From an uncultured Candidatus Peribacteria bacterium (GTDB lineage Bacteria > Patescibacteriota > Gracilibacteria > UBA1369 > UBA12463): DNA of 55,621 nt. Both the position numbers and the translations under genes were made by a program. The notes beneath the pieces are model-generated. The model was given only the letters and a program-made list of their open reading frames with translations. It was not told where the DNA came from and searched no databases. Where the stretch lies: NCBI GenBank assembly GCA_964521465.1, contig CAZFSD010000001.1, positions 18,715-74,335 on the forward strand, read 5' to 3'. Positions 24,486 to 33,464 of this stretch are shown here, one piece after another. Numbering within the stretch: the first letter of the stretch is position 1; every line of letters starts with the position of its first letter.

Positions 24486-25010
24486 TTAGTTTCGTCGTGT
24501 TGGTGCGACTGGTGGTGCATCTCCGCCGCCTGCTTTATGCATCGCATCGTTTTGTGTCTTTTCTGGGTCCTTGCAATCGGTACATGACTCTGGTGTTGGA
24601 GTAGGTGCTGGTGGAGGTTTTGGTCGTCCGCCGCCGCGTTTTGGCTGTTCGCAGCAACCGGTGATGACGATCGGTGCTGGATTATTGATTTGTTCTGGTG
24701 CGTTTCCTCCCATGAAGCCGTGGAGGTCGTTGTCGTCGTTGTCGCTGAGAATTTTTGCTCCCGAGAGATCAATGAGTGAGAGTCTCAAATCTTTTCCATT
24801 TTTGAATGTTCCTGGCGCATTGAATTGATCACCGCCTGCTGCTTTACCGCTTTGACCGACCCATGCGGATCCTGCTGCTGGGCCTTGATCGGGTCTGTAG
24901 GTTGTGACTTTGATCGGTGTTGCTCCTGCTGGCGCTGCTGATGCTTCTGGTTTTGCACAACCGGCGACACTTAAGCCGACGAGCGTTGCGAGTGCCATGA
25001 CGGTTTTCAT
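24486..25010 (-). CDS. hypothetical lipoprotein, Gly/Pro/Cys-rich
   Basis: From the internal Met there is a lipoprotein signal peptide, MKTVMALATLVGLSVAGC (lipobox VAGC). The C-terminus has CC and CxxC (ITGCCEQP, ESCTDCKDP) and Pro-rich tracts. The ORF track opens at 25067. Confidence 0.6.
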   Translation of the reverse strand: MKTVMALATLVGLSVAGCAKPEASAAPAGATPIKVTTYRPDQGPAAGSAWVGQSGKAAGGDQFNAPGTFKNGKDLRLSLIDLSGAKILSDNDDNDLHGFMGGNAPEQINNPAPIVITGCCEQPKRGGGRPKPPPAPTPTPESCTDCKDPEKTQNDAMHKAGGGDAPPVAPTRRN

Positions 25011-25242
25011 TGGCGAGAAGCCTGTTTCGCGACTCTTTGGTGATCCTGACGGTGTATTGAGAGACATAGGAATGAGAGATAAAAAATGATGAATTGAATG
25101 TGAGTTTTCCGATGATAAGGGTCTATTCTAATTGTTATTCTGTTTTTGTCAAGTAGTTTCTGGAGATTTTGTGGGAAATGGCCGTGCGGAGCTTTGAAAG
25201 GTTGATTATAGTAGCGGTACTTCTTTGTTTTTCATGTTTTTT

Positions 25243-25920
25243 ATGAATCTTCCACTTCCGACCATTTTGGTGAATTTTAAGACCTATGAATCAGCTTCTG
25301 GTAAAGCTGCTTTGGAGTTGGCGAAAATCCATGAAGAAGTGGCTTTGGCGAAGCGGGGATTTTCTCTTGGTGTCTGTGTTTCAGCTTTGGATTTGGCTGC
25401 GGTGGCGGCCAGTGCTTCTTTTCCGGTATTTGCTCAGCATGTGGATCCTTGTGGCTTTGGTGCTTCGACGGGTTTTCTTCCGCCTGCTGCGGTGAAGGCG
25501 GCTGGTGCTTTTGGGACGCTTCTCAACCACGCCGAACATAAAATTTCTGACGAGGTTTTGGCGAAAACGATTGCGATGTGTCGGGAAGTGGGACTTTTTA
25601 CCGTGGTGTGTGCTGAGTCGCTGGATCGTGCTCGCGCGATTCTTGGTTTTGCTGCTATTTCTCAGCCGGATCTTATCGCTCTTGAGCCGCCGGAACTTAT
25701 TGGTGGTGATATTTCTGTGTCGACGGCTCAGCCGGAACTTATCAGTGCTGCTGTTGAAGTGGTTGGAGCTGGGAGACTCCTCGTGGGTGCGGGTGTAAAA
25801 AACGGTATGGATGTTGCTACAGCGCTTCGATTGGGCGCGAGTGGCGTTTTACTTGCCTCGGGCGTGACGAAAGCTGCTGATCCGAAAAAAGTTCTTGAAG
25901 ATCTCACCTCCGGTTCCTGA
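25243..25920 (+). CDS. tpiA: triosephosphate isomerase, archaeal type
   Basis: ILVNFKTYE, PVFAQHVDP, GTLLNHAEHK, EPPELIGG and GVLLASGVTKAADP match short archaeal TIMs rather than the bacterial NWKMN type. Start is ambiguous (25225, 25234 or 25243). Confidence 0.85.
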   Translation: MNLPLPTILVNFKTYESASGKAALELAKIHEEVALAKRGFSLGVCVSALDLAAVAASASFPVFAQHVDPCGFGASTGFLPPAAVKAAGAFGTLLNHAEHKISDEVLAKTIAMCREVGLFTVVCAESLDRARAILGFAAISQPDLIALEPPELIGGDISVSTAQPELISAAVEVVGAGRLLVGAGVKNGMDVATALRLGASGVLLASGVTKAADPKKVLEDLTSGS

Positions 25921-25948
25921 GTATTCAATCTTGTTTCAAGCCTCGCCT

Positions 25949-27217
25949 ATGTTTTTTTCTTCTCACACAAAGGCTCCTGCGTTTCTGCAATGGTTTGGGA
26001 TTTTCGTGAGTGCTTGTTTCCCTCTGTATCTCATTTCTTTTTCTGTTTTTGGCGTGCCACTCAATGTGCCGGAGGTGTTGATTGGAATTTTTTTTGTGAT
26101 GACGATTTCGTGGGTTTGGCGAGATGGTGGTGATTTTGGATGGACGCGAAAATTTGTCTTGCCGATAGTCATGATTTTTACAGGACTTGCGATTGGACTG
26201 ATTCGCACGTGGATATTGTTTCCGGAACTTCGACTTGCTGCGCTGGGGATTGTGAAGAGTTGGTTTGTCGTGCCGGTGATCTTTTCCTGGTGCGTGAGTC
26301 GGGTTTTTGCTGATGCTTCTGATCTGCGGAAGTGTTTTGATGCCTACATGGTTTCTGCCCTTGTGCTTGCGGGCTGGGCGATATGGCAGTGGAAAACGGG
26401 GCAATATCTCACACTCGATATGCGGGCGAGCGGGCCTTTCGAATCGGCGAATTATCTGGCTTTGTTTCTTGGGCCGGCGTGTGTTTACGGCGCTTTGCGT
26501 GGCTTTCGGACTTTCCGTGAGCCTTTGAAAAATATCGATTGTTTCTTGTATTGGTTGAGCAGTGCAGTTCTTCTCTTTGCACTCTATGAAAGCAAGTCGT
26601 TCGGCGGTTTTCTCGGGGTTTTCTCAGGTTTGTGTTTTTATATTTTTCAGCATTTCTTTTTTCTCTATGGACGGAGCTATCGCCGGAAATTTTGGAAGAT
26701 GTTGGCTGCGGTGGCGACGTTTTTAGCCTTCGTGTTCGTGCTTTTTTTCGTGACGAGTGACCGTGGAAAATTTCATCAAATGTTCGAATTTCAGAAACAG
26801 TCTTCGTCGTCGGTGCGGCTTCAGGTGTGGCAGGTGACGGGACGGCTTTTGTGGGAGCATCCTTTGTCTGGTGCGGGCCTCGGTGCGTATCAGACGATTT
26901 ATGAAGAGCGCGCCGCAGAAATTCTTGGCAAACCTCCGTACGAAAAGACGATGCTCCATACACACAATGTTTTTGCCATGTTTTGGGTTTCTTCCGGGAT
27001 TTTTGGTTTTGTGGGATTTTTGCTTTTGCTTCTGGCTTTTTTTCAACGCGTGTATCGTTTTTCACCGTCTCGTTCCCATCTGCATTTTGCTTTTGTGATT
27101 GCGGCGATGATGATGGTGATTGTGGTGCATGGCCTTGTCGATACTTCCATTTGGAAAAACGATCTCAGCCTGCTTTTTTGGCTTCTGCATGGGGGATTCT
27201 TGGGTTTGCGGGAGTGA
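25949..27217 (+). CDS. O-antigen ligase/polymerase family (Wzy_C-like) polytopic membrane protein
   Basis: About 10-12 TM with a loop carrying the GAGLGAY...TMLHTHNVFAMFWVSSGIFGF motif typical of the O-antigen ligase family. Start taken at ATG 25949; the track opens at 25895, overlapping tpiA. Confidence 0.75.
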   Translation: MFFSSHTKAPAFLQWFGIFVSACFPLYLISFSVFGVPLNVPEVLIGIFFVMTISWVWRDGGDFGWTRKFVLPIVMIFTGLAIGLIRTWILFPELRLAALGIVKSWFVVPVIFSWCVSRVFADASDLRKCFDAYMVSALVLAGWAIWQWKTGQYLTLDMRASGPFESANYLALFLGPACVYGALRGFRTFREPLKNIDCFLYWLSSAVLLFALYESKSFGGFLGVFSGLCFYIFQHFFFLYGRSYRRKFWKMLAAVATFLAFVFVLFFVTSDRGKFHQMFEFQKQSSSSVRLQVWQVTGRLLWEHPLSGAGLGAYQTIYEERAAEILGKPPYEKTMLHTHNVFAMFWVSSGIFGFVGFLLLLLAFFQRVYRFSPSRSHLHFAFVIAAMMMVIVVHGLVDTSIWKNDLSLLFWLLHGGFLGLRE

Positions 27218-27225
27218 TGTGGGTT

Positions 27226-27234
27226 TGCTAGTAT
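27226..27234 (+). promoter_or_regulatory. extended -10 box placing riboflavin kinase ATG at predicted +1 (leaderless)
   Basis: TGcTAGTAT, then exactly 6 nt (cacttc), then ATG 27241. Confidence 0.5.
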
Positions 27235-27240
27235 CACTTC

Positions 27241-27627
27241 ATGATTTTTGGTGAAATTTTGACGGGCAAAGTTGTTTCTGGGCGTCAGCTCGGATCGCTT
27301 TTTGGATTTCCGACGGTAAATGTGGTTTTTCCATCTGATGTTGCTTCAAAAATGGATTTTGGTGTGTATGCGGGGCATGTGGTCGATGAGGGGAAAGATG
27401 CGTTTTCCGCTTTGATCCATTTCGGCCCAAAGCCAACGCTGGATGATGCGGCACCTTCTTTTGAGGTCTTTTTTCTTGATTTTCCTCAGGGGCGCGTTTT
27501 CGATACTTTGTCGGTGCGGCTTCTGGGAAAACTTCGAGAGGTTCAGAAATTTGATTCTCTGGAAGCTTTGGGTGCACAAATCGAGAAAGATCGTCAGCAG
27601 GCTGTGTTAGAATACTTTTCGAACTAG
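27241..27627 (+). CDS. stand-alone riboflavin kinase (bacterial RibF C-terminal-domain type)
   Basis: 128 aa with GKVVSGRQLGSLFGFPTVNV...GVYAG...IHFGPKPT...EVFFLDF...LRLLGKLREVQKFDSLEALGAQIEKD, the flavokinase pattern. No FMN adenylyltransferase domain is attached. Confidence 0.85.
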   Translation: MIFGEILTGKVVSGRQLGSLFGFPTVNVVFPSDVASKMDFGVYAGHVVDEGKDAFSALIHFGPKPTLDDAAPSFEVFFLDFPQGRVFDTLSVRLLGKLREVQKFDSLEALGAQIEKDRQQAVLEYFSN

Positions 27628-27670
27628 GTCCTGTGTTCCTCATCTCTTACATTCTCAATCCTACCCTCCT

Positions 27671-28963
27671 GTGCTTCAATTTCTTCGCAATCTCATTCCC
27701 GATCATCATCCTCTCCGTTTAGCGTATCACCGCGTGGTCTCTTTTTTCGCTTCGGTGCGGTATTTTTTTCCGGCGCGAAAACTTCGCGTGATTACGGTAA
27801 CGGGTACAAGTGGCAAAAGTACGACTTGTCATTTTGTGGCAACTTTGCTCGAAGAGGCGGGATATAAAGTGGGACTGATGACGACGATTGGTTTTCGCGT
27901 GGCGGGTCACGATTTTGTGAATGATACGAAGATGACGACGCTGGGTCGTTTTGCGTTGCAGAAATTTTTGCGTGCGATGGTGAATGCGGGTTGTACCTAT
28001 GCGGTGATTGAGGTGACTTCTCATGCGCTTGTGCAGTCGCGCATTGCGGGTGTCCATGTGGATGTGGCGCTGCTCACAAATATGACCGGTGATCATGTGG
28101 AATATCATGGTGGTTTTGAAGGATATCGTCGTGCGAAGGCGAAGCTTTTTGAGATGCTTTCTGGATCGAAAGCGCGCAATAAAACCATGTTTCTCAATGC
28201 TGATGATGCTCAGGTTGATTTTTTTGATAATCTCGATGTGACGGCGGAAAAGAAATATTTTTATGGTCTTCATTCTTCCCGTGCAGATTTTTTTGCGGAT
28301 CAGTTGGATTTTCAGGCTCATGGAACTTCTTTCCGCTTTCATTCTCCTTTTGGCTCTGCACGAATGGAAGTGTCTTTGCCGGGGGTTTTCAATGTCTATA
28401 ACGCTTTGGCTGCGGCGAGTATCGTGGCCAATGAAGGGGTGCCACTCAGTGTTTTGAAAAAAGGTCTTGCGCAAGTTCGCGCTCTTCCTGGTCGTTTTGA
28501 ACGAATTGATGAAGGGCAGAATTTTACGGTCGTGGTGGACTATGCTCATACGCCGGATTCTTTGCGCGGACTTCTTCAAATGTATAAAGATTTGAAGAAA
28601 GGAAAATTGATTGTTGTTTTTGGGGCGACCGGTGGTGGTCGTGATAAAGGAAAAAGAGCGCCGATGGGTGCTGCGGCTCATGAGCTTGCGGACGAGGTGA
28701 TTGTGACCACGGACGATGCCTATAGCGAAGACGAGTGGAATATTATCGAAATGGTGAGTGTGGGCATTCCTCGCAGGGAAGGTGAACATTTTTGGAAAAT
28801 TGTGGATCGTCGAGAGGCGATTGCAAAGGCTTTTACCCTTGCGGAAAAAGATGATGTTGTCGTGATTGCCGGGAAAGGCTGCGAACCAGTGCAGTTGACG
28901 AGAGGACTTCGACTCGAGTGGGATGATCGAAAAGTTGCCCGTGAATTCTTGAAAAATCGCTAA
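27671..28963 (+). CDS. murE: MurE-like Mur ligase lacking the N-terminal UDP-binding domain
   Basis: 430 aa from GTG. The P-loop VTGTSGKSTT sits at about residue 45. TNMTGDHVEYHG, DYAHTPDSL and GATGGGRDKGKRAPMG are MurE-like. DDAY occupies the position of the DNPR motif. Confidence 0.8.
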   Translation: MLQFLRNLIPDHHPLRLAYHRVVSFFASVRYFFPARKLRVITVTGTSGKSTTCHFVATLLEEAGYKVGLMTTIGFRVAGHDFVNDTKMTTLGRFALQKFLRAMVNAGCTYAVIEVTSHALVQSRIAGVHVDVALLTNMTGDHVEYHGGFEGYRRAKAKLFEMLSGSKARNKTMFLNADDAQVDFFDNLDVTAEKKYFYGLHSSRADFFADQLDFQAHGTSFRFHSPFGSARMEVSLPGVFNVYNALAAASIVANEGVPLSVLKKGLAQVRALPGRFERIDEGQNFTVVVDYAHTPDSLRGLLQMYKDLKKGKLIVVFGATGGGRDKGKRAPMGAAAHELADEVIVTTDDAYSEDEWNIIEMVSVGIPRREGEHFWKIVDRREAIAKAFTLAEKDDVVVIAGKGCEPVQLTRGLRLEWDDRKVAREFLKNR

Positions 28964-28979
28964 AATTTTTCTGCTGTGC

Positions 28980-29609
28980 ATGATTTTCTTTATTGATAAA
29001 CCGAAGGGGATGAGTTCGTTTGATGTCATTCGTCGGCTCAAACCGCGTTTTCCGAAAAAAACGAAAATTGGGCATGCGGGAACACTGGATCCGCTGGCGA
29101 CAGGACTCATGATTGTGGCAGTAGAGCGCAGTGATACGAAACGACTCACAGAATTTTTGAAATTGCCGAAACGATATGTGGCGGAGGTGACACTGGGTAT
29201 CACTTCGCTCACTTATGATTCTGAGGGTCCGCTCACATCTGGAGTTTGTGAAAATCCTCCTGATCGAGCAGTGATTGAAAAAGTTCTTGCGGAGCATTTT
29301 TCGGGGACGATTTCTCAGCGACCGCCTGATTTTTCTGCGGCGCATGTGCGGGGCGAGCGCGCCTATGATCTTGCACGACGCGGAGAAAAAGTAGATCTCC
29401 CGGCGCGCGAGGTTACGATTCTGTCCTGCGAGATCCTTGCCTATCAGTGGCCGATAGTGACGCTTGATATTCGTTGTTCTTCGGGTACCTACATCCGCAG
29501 TCTTGCACATGATTTGGGGCAGGTGCTCGGTTGTGGTGCGTACATGAGTGAGTTGCGGCGGCTGGAGATTGGGCCGTACCATCTCGACATGAAAAATTGT
29601 GAGGTGTAG
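28980..29609 (+). CDS. truB: tRNA pseudouridine-55 synthase (short form, no PUA domain)
   Basis: 209 aa with IDKPKGMSSFDVIRRLK and the catalytic GHAGTLDPLATGL motif. Confidence 0.9.
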   Translation: MIFFIDKPKGMSSFDVIRRLKPRFPKKTKIGHAGTLDPLATGLMIVAVERSDTKRLTEFLKLPKRYVAEVTLGITSLTYDSEGPLTSGVCENPPDRAVIEKVLAEHFSGTISQRPPDFSAAHVRGERAYDLARRGEKVDLPAREVTILSCEILAYQWPIVTLDIRCSSGTYIRSLAHDLGQVLGCGAYMSELRRLEIGPYHLDMKNCEV

Positions 29610-29624
29610 AGTGTTTCTGCTTTT

Positions 29625-30695
29625 ATGGCTCTCAATCTTTTCCAACTTTTTGGCATCGGTATTTTTTCTTTCGCGTTGTGTTTTTCCTTGATTGTGGGTG
29701 CACTGAAATTTTTCCCGAAGTGGAAAATGATGGATCGTCCTGGTCGGTATGGCCTTTCCCGCAGTCCGATTCCGTATTATGGGGGTTTGACTTTGTTTGC
29801 GACTTTGATGACGACTACTCTTCTTTTTGTTTTGACGAAGATTGTTCCGGTGGAATTTTCGCGTGAACTCGTGGCGGTTCTTGTGGCTGTAAGTTTTCTG
29901 ACGATTGTGAGTTTTGCGGATGATCTCGTGATGGTCCCTGCGATTTTTCGTTTCTGTGCCCAGGCCTTTGCGGGCGGAATTTTGGTGTATGGCGGTATTG
30001 GCATTCATTCCATTACGAATCCTTTCGGGGCTGCATTTTCGCTGGATCGTTTTGGATTTTCCCTCGGTGGTCATGAATTTTTTCTTTTGGGGGCACTTTT
30101 TACGATTTTTTGGGTCGTGCTTTTGGTGAATAGTATGAATTTTTTTGATGGCGTCTCGGGACTTGTGAGCGGGTCGACTTTTCTCGCGTGCGCCGTTTTT
30201 TTGCTTCTGAGTTTGCGTGCGACAAATGTCATTGATCAGACGATGGTGGCTTTTCTCAGCGTCATTCTCGGCATGTCATCACTGGCTTTTTTTCTTTTCG
30301 ATATTCCTCCGGCGAAAATTTTGATGGGGGATACGGGCAGTGTTTTGTGTGGATTTCTCATCGCGGTGTTGGCGATTATTTCCGGTGGAAAGATCGCGAC
30401 GGCTTTTCTCGTCGTTGGAATTCCTCTTCTGGATGCAGTTTTTACTCTTATTCGTCGCGTGGTGAAAGGCCAAGCGCCGTGGAAAGGGGATTTGCAGCAT
30501 CTTCATCATCGGCTTCTTTCTGCGGGTTTTTCTCCGCGCGCTGTGGTGTGGATTTTGCTTCTGTGTGGCGCGGTTTTTGGTGGTATTGCGCTTTTTCTCG
30601 GATCACAGCAAAAAGCGATTGCACTTGGTCTGCTTGCTTTTTTTATGATGGTGCTTTTGGTGGGACTTTTACTCCTGAAAAAGGATCCTTCCTAA
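29625..30695 (+). CDS. glycosyltransferase family 4 polyprenyl-phosphate HexNAc-1-P transferase (WecA/MraY family)
   Basis: 356 aa, about 10 TM. NSMNFFDGVSGL and ILMGDTGSVLCGFL motifs. Size and motifs are closer to WecA/TagO than to MraY. Confidence 0.85.
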   Translation: MALNLFQLFGIGIFSFALCFSLIVGALKFFPKWKMMDRPGRYGLSRSPIPYYGGLTLFATLMTTTLLFVLTKIVPVEFSRELVAVLVAVSFLTIVSFADDLVMVPAIFRFCAQAFAGGILVYGGIGIHSITNPFGAAFSLDRFGFSLGGHEFFLLGALFTIFWVVLLVNSMNFFDGVSGLVSGSTFLACAVFLLLSLRATNVIDQTMVAFLSVILGMSSLAFFLFDIPPAKILMGDTGSVLCGFLIAVLAIISGGKIATAFLVVGIPLLDAVFTLIRRVVKGQAPWKGDLQHLHHRLLSAGFSPRAVVWILLLCGAVFGGIALFLGSQQKAIALGLLAFFMMVLLVGLLLLKKDPS

Positions 30696-31289
30696 TCGTA
30701 CGATCGTTGCGCCTTCTTCGATGGCGATCTGATAGTCGCTACTCATGCCCATCGAGATTTCCGGAAGTTTGAGTTTGCTGGCGAGCTTTTTGATGGTGCG
30801 AAAAATGAGACGACTTTCTTCTGGATTCTCTGCGTCCGGCGGAATAGTCATGAGGCCGATAATTTCTATGTGTTGATATTTTTCTCGCCATCGATCCAGA
30901 TTTTCTTCCACTTCTTTTATCGAAAAACCGAATGACTTCTCTTCGTCGGTGCGGATCTGGAGCAGGATTTTTTGCTGATTTTTTTTGGTCGTTTGTTTTT
31001 CTATTTCAGCCATCACTTTTTCCCTGTCGACGCTGTGAATGAGTTGGATGTCGTAGAGGAGCAGTTGCTTGATTTTGTTCGTTTGCAGATGGCCGATGAA
31101 GTCGTGCGTGACGGTTGTGCCCTTTGGTGTTTGTGTCGGCAAGAGCGGCGCGATTTTCAAAAATTGCTGAACCGTGCTCCAGCCGATGCGGTGAAATTCT
31201 TGTTCGATGAGTTTTTGAATTTGATCTTCGGTGGCGTATTTGACCGCTGCAACGACTGTTGTTTTTTCTGGAATTTGGAGATGTGCCAT
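30669..31289 (-). CDS. yggS: PLP-binding protein YggS/PROSC family
   Basis: 206 aa with VVAAVKY (PLP Lys), HFIGHLQTNKIK, IHSVDR and ISMGMSSDYQIAIEEGATIVRLGRILF. Its 3' end overlaps the convergent GT4 gene by 27 nt. Confidence 0.85.
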   Translation of the reverse strand: MAHLQIPEKTTVVAAVKYATEDQIQKLIEQEFHRIGWSTVQQFLKIAPLLPTQTPKGTTVTHDFIGHLQTNKIKQLLLYDIQLIHSVDREKVMAEIEKQTTKKNQQKILLQIRTDEEKSFGFSIKEVEENLDRWREKYQHIEIIGLMTIPPDAENPEESRLIFRTIKKLASKLKLPEISMGMSSDYQIAIEEGATIVRLGRILFQE

Positions 31290-31295
31290 GAAGTG

Positions 31296-31301
31296 ATTTT
31301 A
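31296..31301 (-). promoter_or_regulatory. -10 box placing yggS ATG at predicted +1 (leaderless)
   Basis: Minus-strand TAAAAT, then exactly 6 nt (cacttc, identical to the riboflavin kinase spacer), then ATG 31289. Confidence 0.5.
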
Positions 31302-31651
31302 CTCCAATTCCGTCTCGTCAACTACCTCGAGGTGTTATCTCAGGTCTTCTGCTTTTTTCATAGCGGCCACTATTTTCCTTCTGATTCCTTCTGTTTCTCC
31401 TATGATTGTTCTTTTTCCTTCTTCCCGTGTTCTTGATGGTGATTGCGGCAGAATTCCTTCTTTCAGATTGCTTCCTCTTTGACGGCCGTAATTTTGAGAT
31501 AGCATAGTTGTTCTTTGGGAGCCCATGTGCTTTGTTCATTTATTGAGCGCTTATTTTAACATTTAATTTTATTTTAGCAAGTCTTTCTCTTTTTTCTTTG
31601 AAATGTATAAATGTATAACGGTAGAGCTTTTGCTTTCCTTTGCCTTTTCTT

Positions 31652-33430
31652 ATGGATCTTGTTGCTGATATTAAAGCTCGATTGAATATTGAAGATGTGG
31701 TTTCCAGCTATGTGCAGCTTCGACGCATGGGGCGCAGCTTGAAGGGGCTTTGTCCTTTCCATCAGGAGAAGACCCCGAGTTTTCATGTGAGTTTGGAGAA
31801 GCAGATTGCCTACTGCTTCGGATGTCATCGTGGAGGTGATGTGTTTCAGTTTGTGCAGGAGGTGGAGAATATTGATTTTCAGCAGTCGTTGAAACTCCTT
31901 GCCGATCGGGCTGGTCTGGATTATGAGCAGTATCGGGCTCATGCTGGTTTTGCGGGTGGTACGAAGGTTCCTTCAAAAAGTGAAAAAGAGCCTTTTTTGG
32001 ATGCTCATGAAAAAGCCACGCGTTTTTTTTCTGATCAGCTTTGGAATACTCAGGATGGCTTAAAAGTTGTGGAATATCTCACGAAGCGAGGCTTGAAAGA
32101 GGCGACGATTCGGGATTTTCGACTGGGTTTCGCGCCGGACGGTGGAGATGACCTTTATAAATTCCTATCGCATGAAAAAATTTCGAAAGATGTTTTGTTG
32201 CAATCGGGTTTGATTACTCTTCGTGATACGGAAGGGGAACGAGTGTATGATCGTTTTCGTGGTCGACTCATGTTTCCGATTTTCAATGCTGCTGGGCAGA
32301 TTGTGGCTTTTGGTGGGCGCGCCTTGAAAAAAGGCATGGAGCCGAAGTATCTCAATTCTCCGGAGACGGCGCTGTATCATAAAAGCGATGTACTCTACGG
32401 TTTCGATCGTGCGAAAAAAATGATGCGTGAAAAAGGCGCACTTTTGGTGGAGGGCTATATGGATCTTATTGCGTGTCATCAAGCGGGATTTACGAATGCC
32501 GTTGCGGCTTCTGGGACGGCGTTGACCTCGCAGCATGTGCGGATGCTCAAACGCTTTACGGATACTTTTTATTTCTGTTTTGATAATGATCATGCTGGTT
32601 GGCAGGCGAGTCGTCGTGCGTATGGCGAAGTTCTTGCTCATGACGGTTTTGTGCGGATGATTCAGTTTCCGGACGCGAAAGATCCTGACGAGATTTTGCG
32701 CGATCATCCTGAGGTTTTTGCTGCGGCGTATGAGCAGGCTCGACCGTTTTTGGAGATTTTGTATGAGCGTCTTTTTACGGAGCATCCCGGAAATTCCGCT
32801 GAGTCTGTATCGCACATCATGGGAGAAGTAACGCCACTTCTCAAAATGATAAAAAGTCGCGTCTCGTTGGATATTGCGGTGCGAGATCTTGCCAAGAAAC
32901 TGGGCGTGCGCGAGGCAAGTGTGTACGACGAACTGAATCGGTTGCCGAAAGATCGTTTTTCTCCTCGTGATAAAGTCGACAGTGAAGATAACAATAACCC
33001 TTCCTCAAGATTTTTCCGTCAAATTTCTCCAGAAGAAACTATTTTGGCGATTCTTTTTCGTCATCCTGAGAAAATTCTTTTCGTGGGGCAACATTTGATG
33101 CTTGATAGCATTTCTGAACCATATCGACCACTTCTGCGCATTTTGTTCGAGCAGGAAGTTTATGATTTTGACGCATTTACGGCGCAACTTTCGGAAGAAG
33201 AGCGAAAAAGAGTTGATTTCCTTTCTTTTTATGGTGAGACTGTTTATTCTCAGCTTCGGCCGGATGACCTGCAAAAAGATCTTAAGGCTTCTCTTGACAA
33301 GATAGAGTATAATCGGAAAAATGAGCAACTGGAAGCTTTGAAAAAACAAATTCGAGCTTTGGAGGAGCAGGGAAAAAAAGATGAATCCCGCGCACTCCTT
33401 TCTCAGTTGGAAAAAATCGTTCGCTCTTAG
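31652..33430 (+). CDS. dnaG: DNA primase
   Basis: CHC2 zinc finger (CPFHQEKTPSFHVSLEKQIAYCFGCHRGGD), an RNA-polymerase core, and TOPRIM (LVEGYMDLIA...FDNDHAGWQA). ATG 31652 is preferred over TTG 31640. Confidence 0.92.
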   Translation: MDLVADIKARLNIEDVVSSYVQLRRMGRSLKGLCPFHQEKTPSFHVSLEKQIAYCFGCHRGGDVFQFVQEVENIDFQQSLKLLADRAGLDYEQYRAHAGFAGGTKVPSKSEKEPFLDAHEKATRFFSDQLWNTQDGLKVVEYLTKRGLKEATIRDFRLGFAPDGGDDLYKFLSHEKISKDVLLQSGLITLRDTEGERVYDRFRGRLMFPIFNAAGQIVAFGGRALKKGMEPKYLNSPETALYHKSDVLYGFDRAKKMMREKGALLVEGYMDLIACHQAGFTNAVAASGTALTSQHVRMLKRFTDTFYFCFDNDHAGWQASRRAYGEVLAHDGFVRMIQFPDAKDPDEILRDHPEVFAAAYEQARPFLEILYERLFTEHPGNSAESVSHIMGEVTPLLKMIKSRVSLDIAVRDLAKKLGVREASVYDELNRLPKDRFSPRDKVDSEDNNNPSSRFFRQISPEETILAILFRHPEKILFVGQHLMLDSISEPYRPLLRILFEQEVYDFDAFTAQLSEEERKRVDFLSFYGETVYSQLRPDDLQKDLKASLDKIEYNRKNEQLEALKKQIRALEEQGKKDESRALLSQLEKIVRS

Positions 33431-33464
33431 GTAGGTTCAAGATCCCATATCCCCCACATCCCTC

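Noticed and set aside
27719-29212. 497-aa minus-strand ORF antisense to the murE-like and truB genes.
   Set aside because: Its composition is dominated by R/H/K/I/F with no recognisable motifs. It spans an intergenic gap and lies opposite two genes with strong family signatures. This is a typical shadow ORF produced by sense-strand codon bias.
31290-31651. The 360-bp gap considered as an RNase P RNA, SRP RNA, tmRNA or 6S RNA gene.
   Set aside because: I found none of the conserved core motifs on either strand (for example GGAAAGTCC-type P4 sequence or the SRP domain IV motif). Composition is monotonously purine/pyrimidine-skewed rather than stem-rich.
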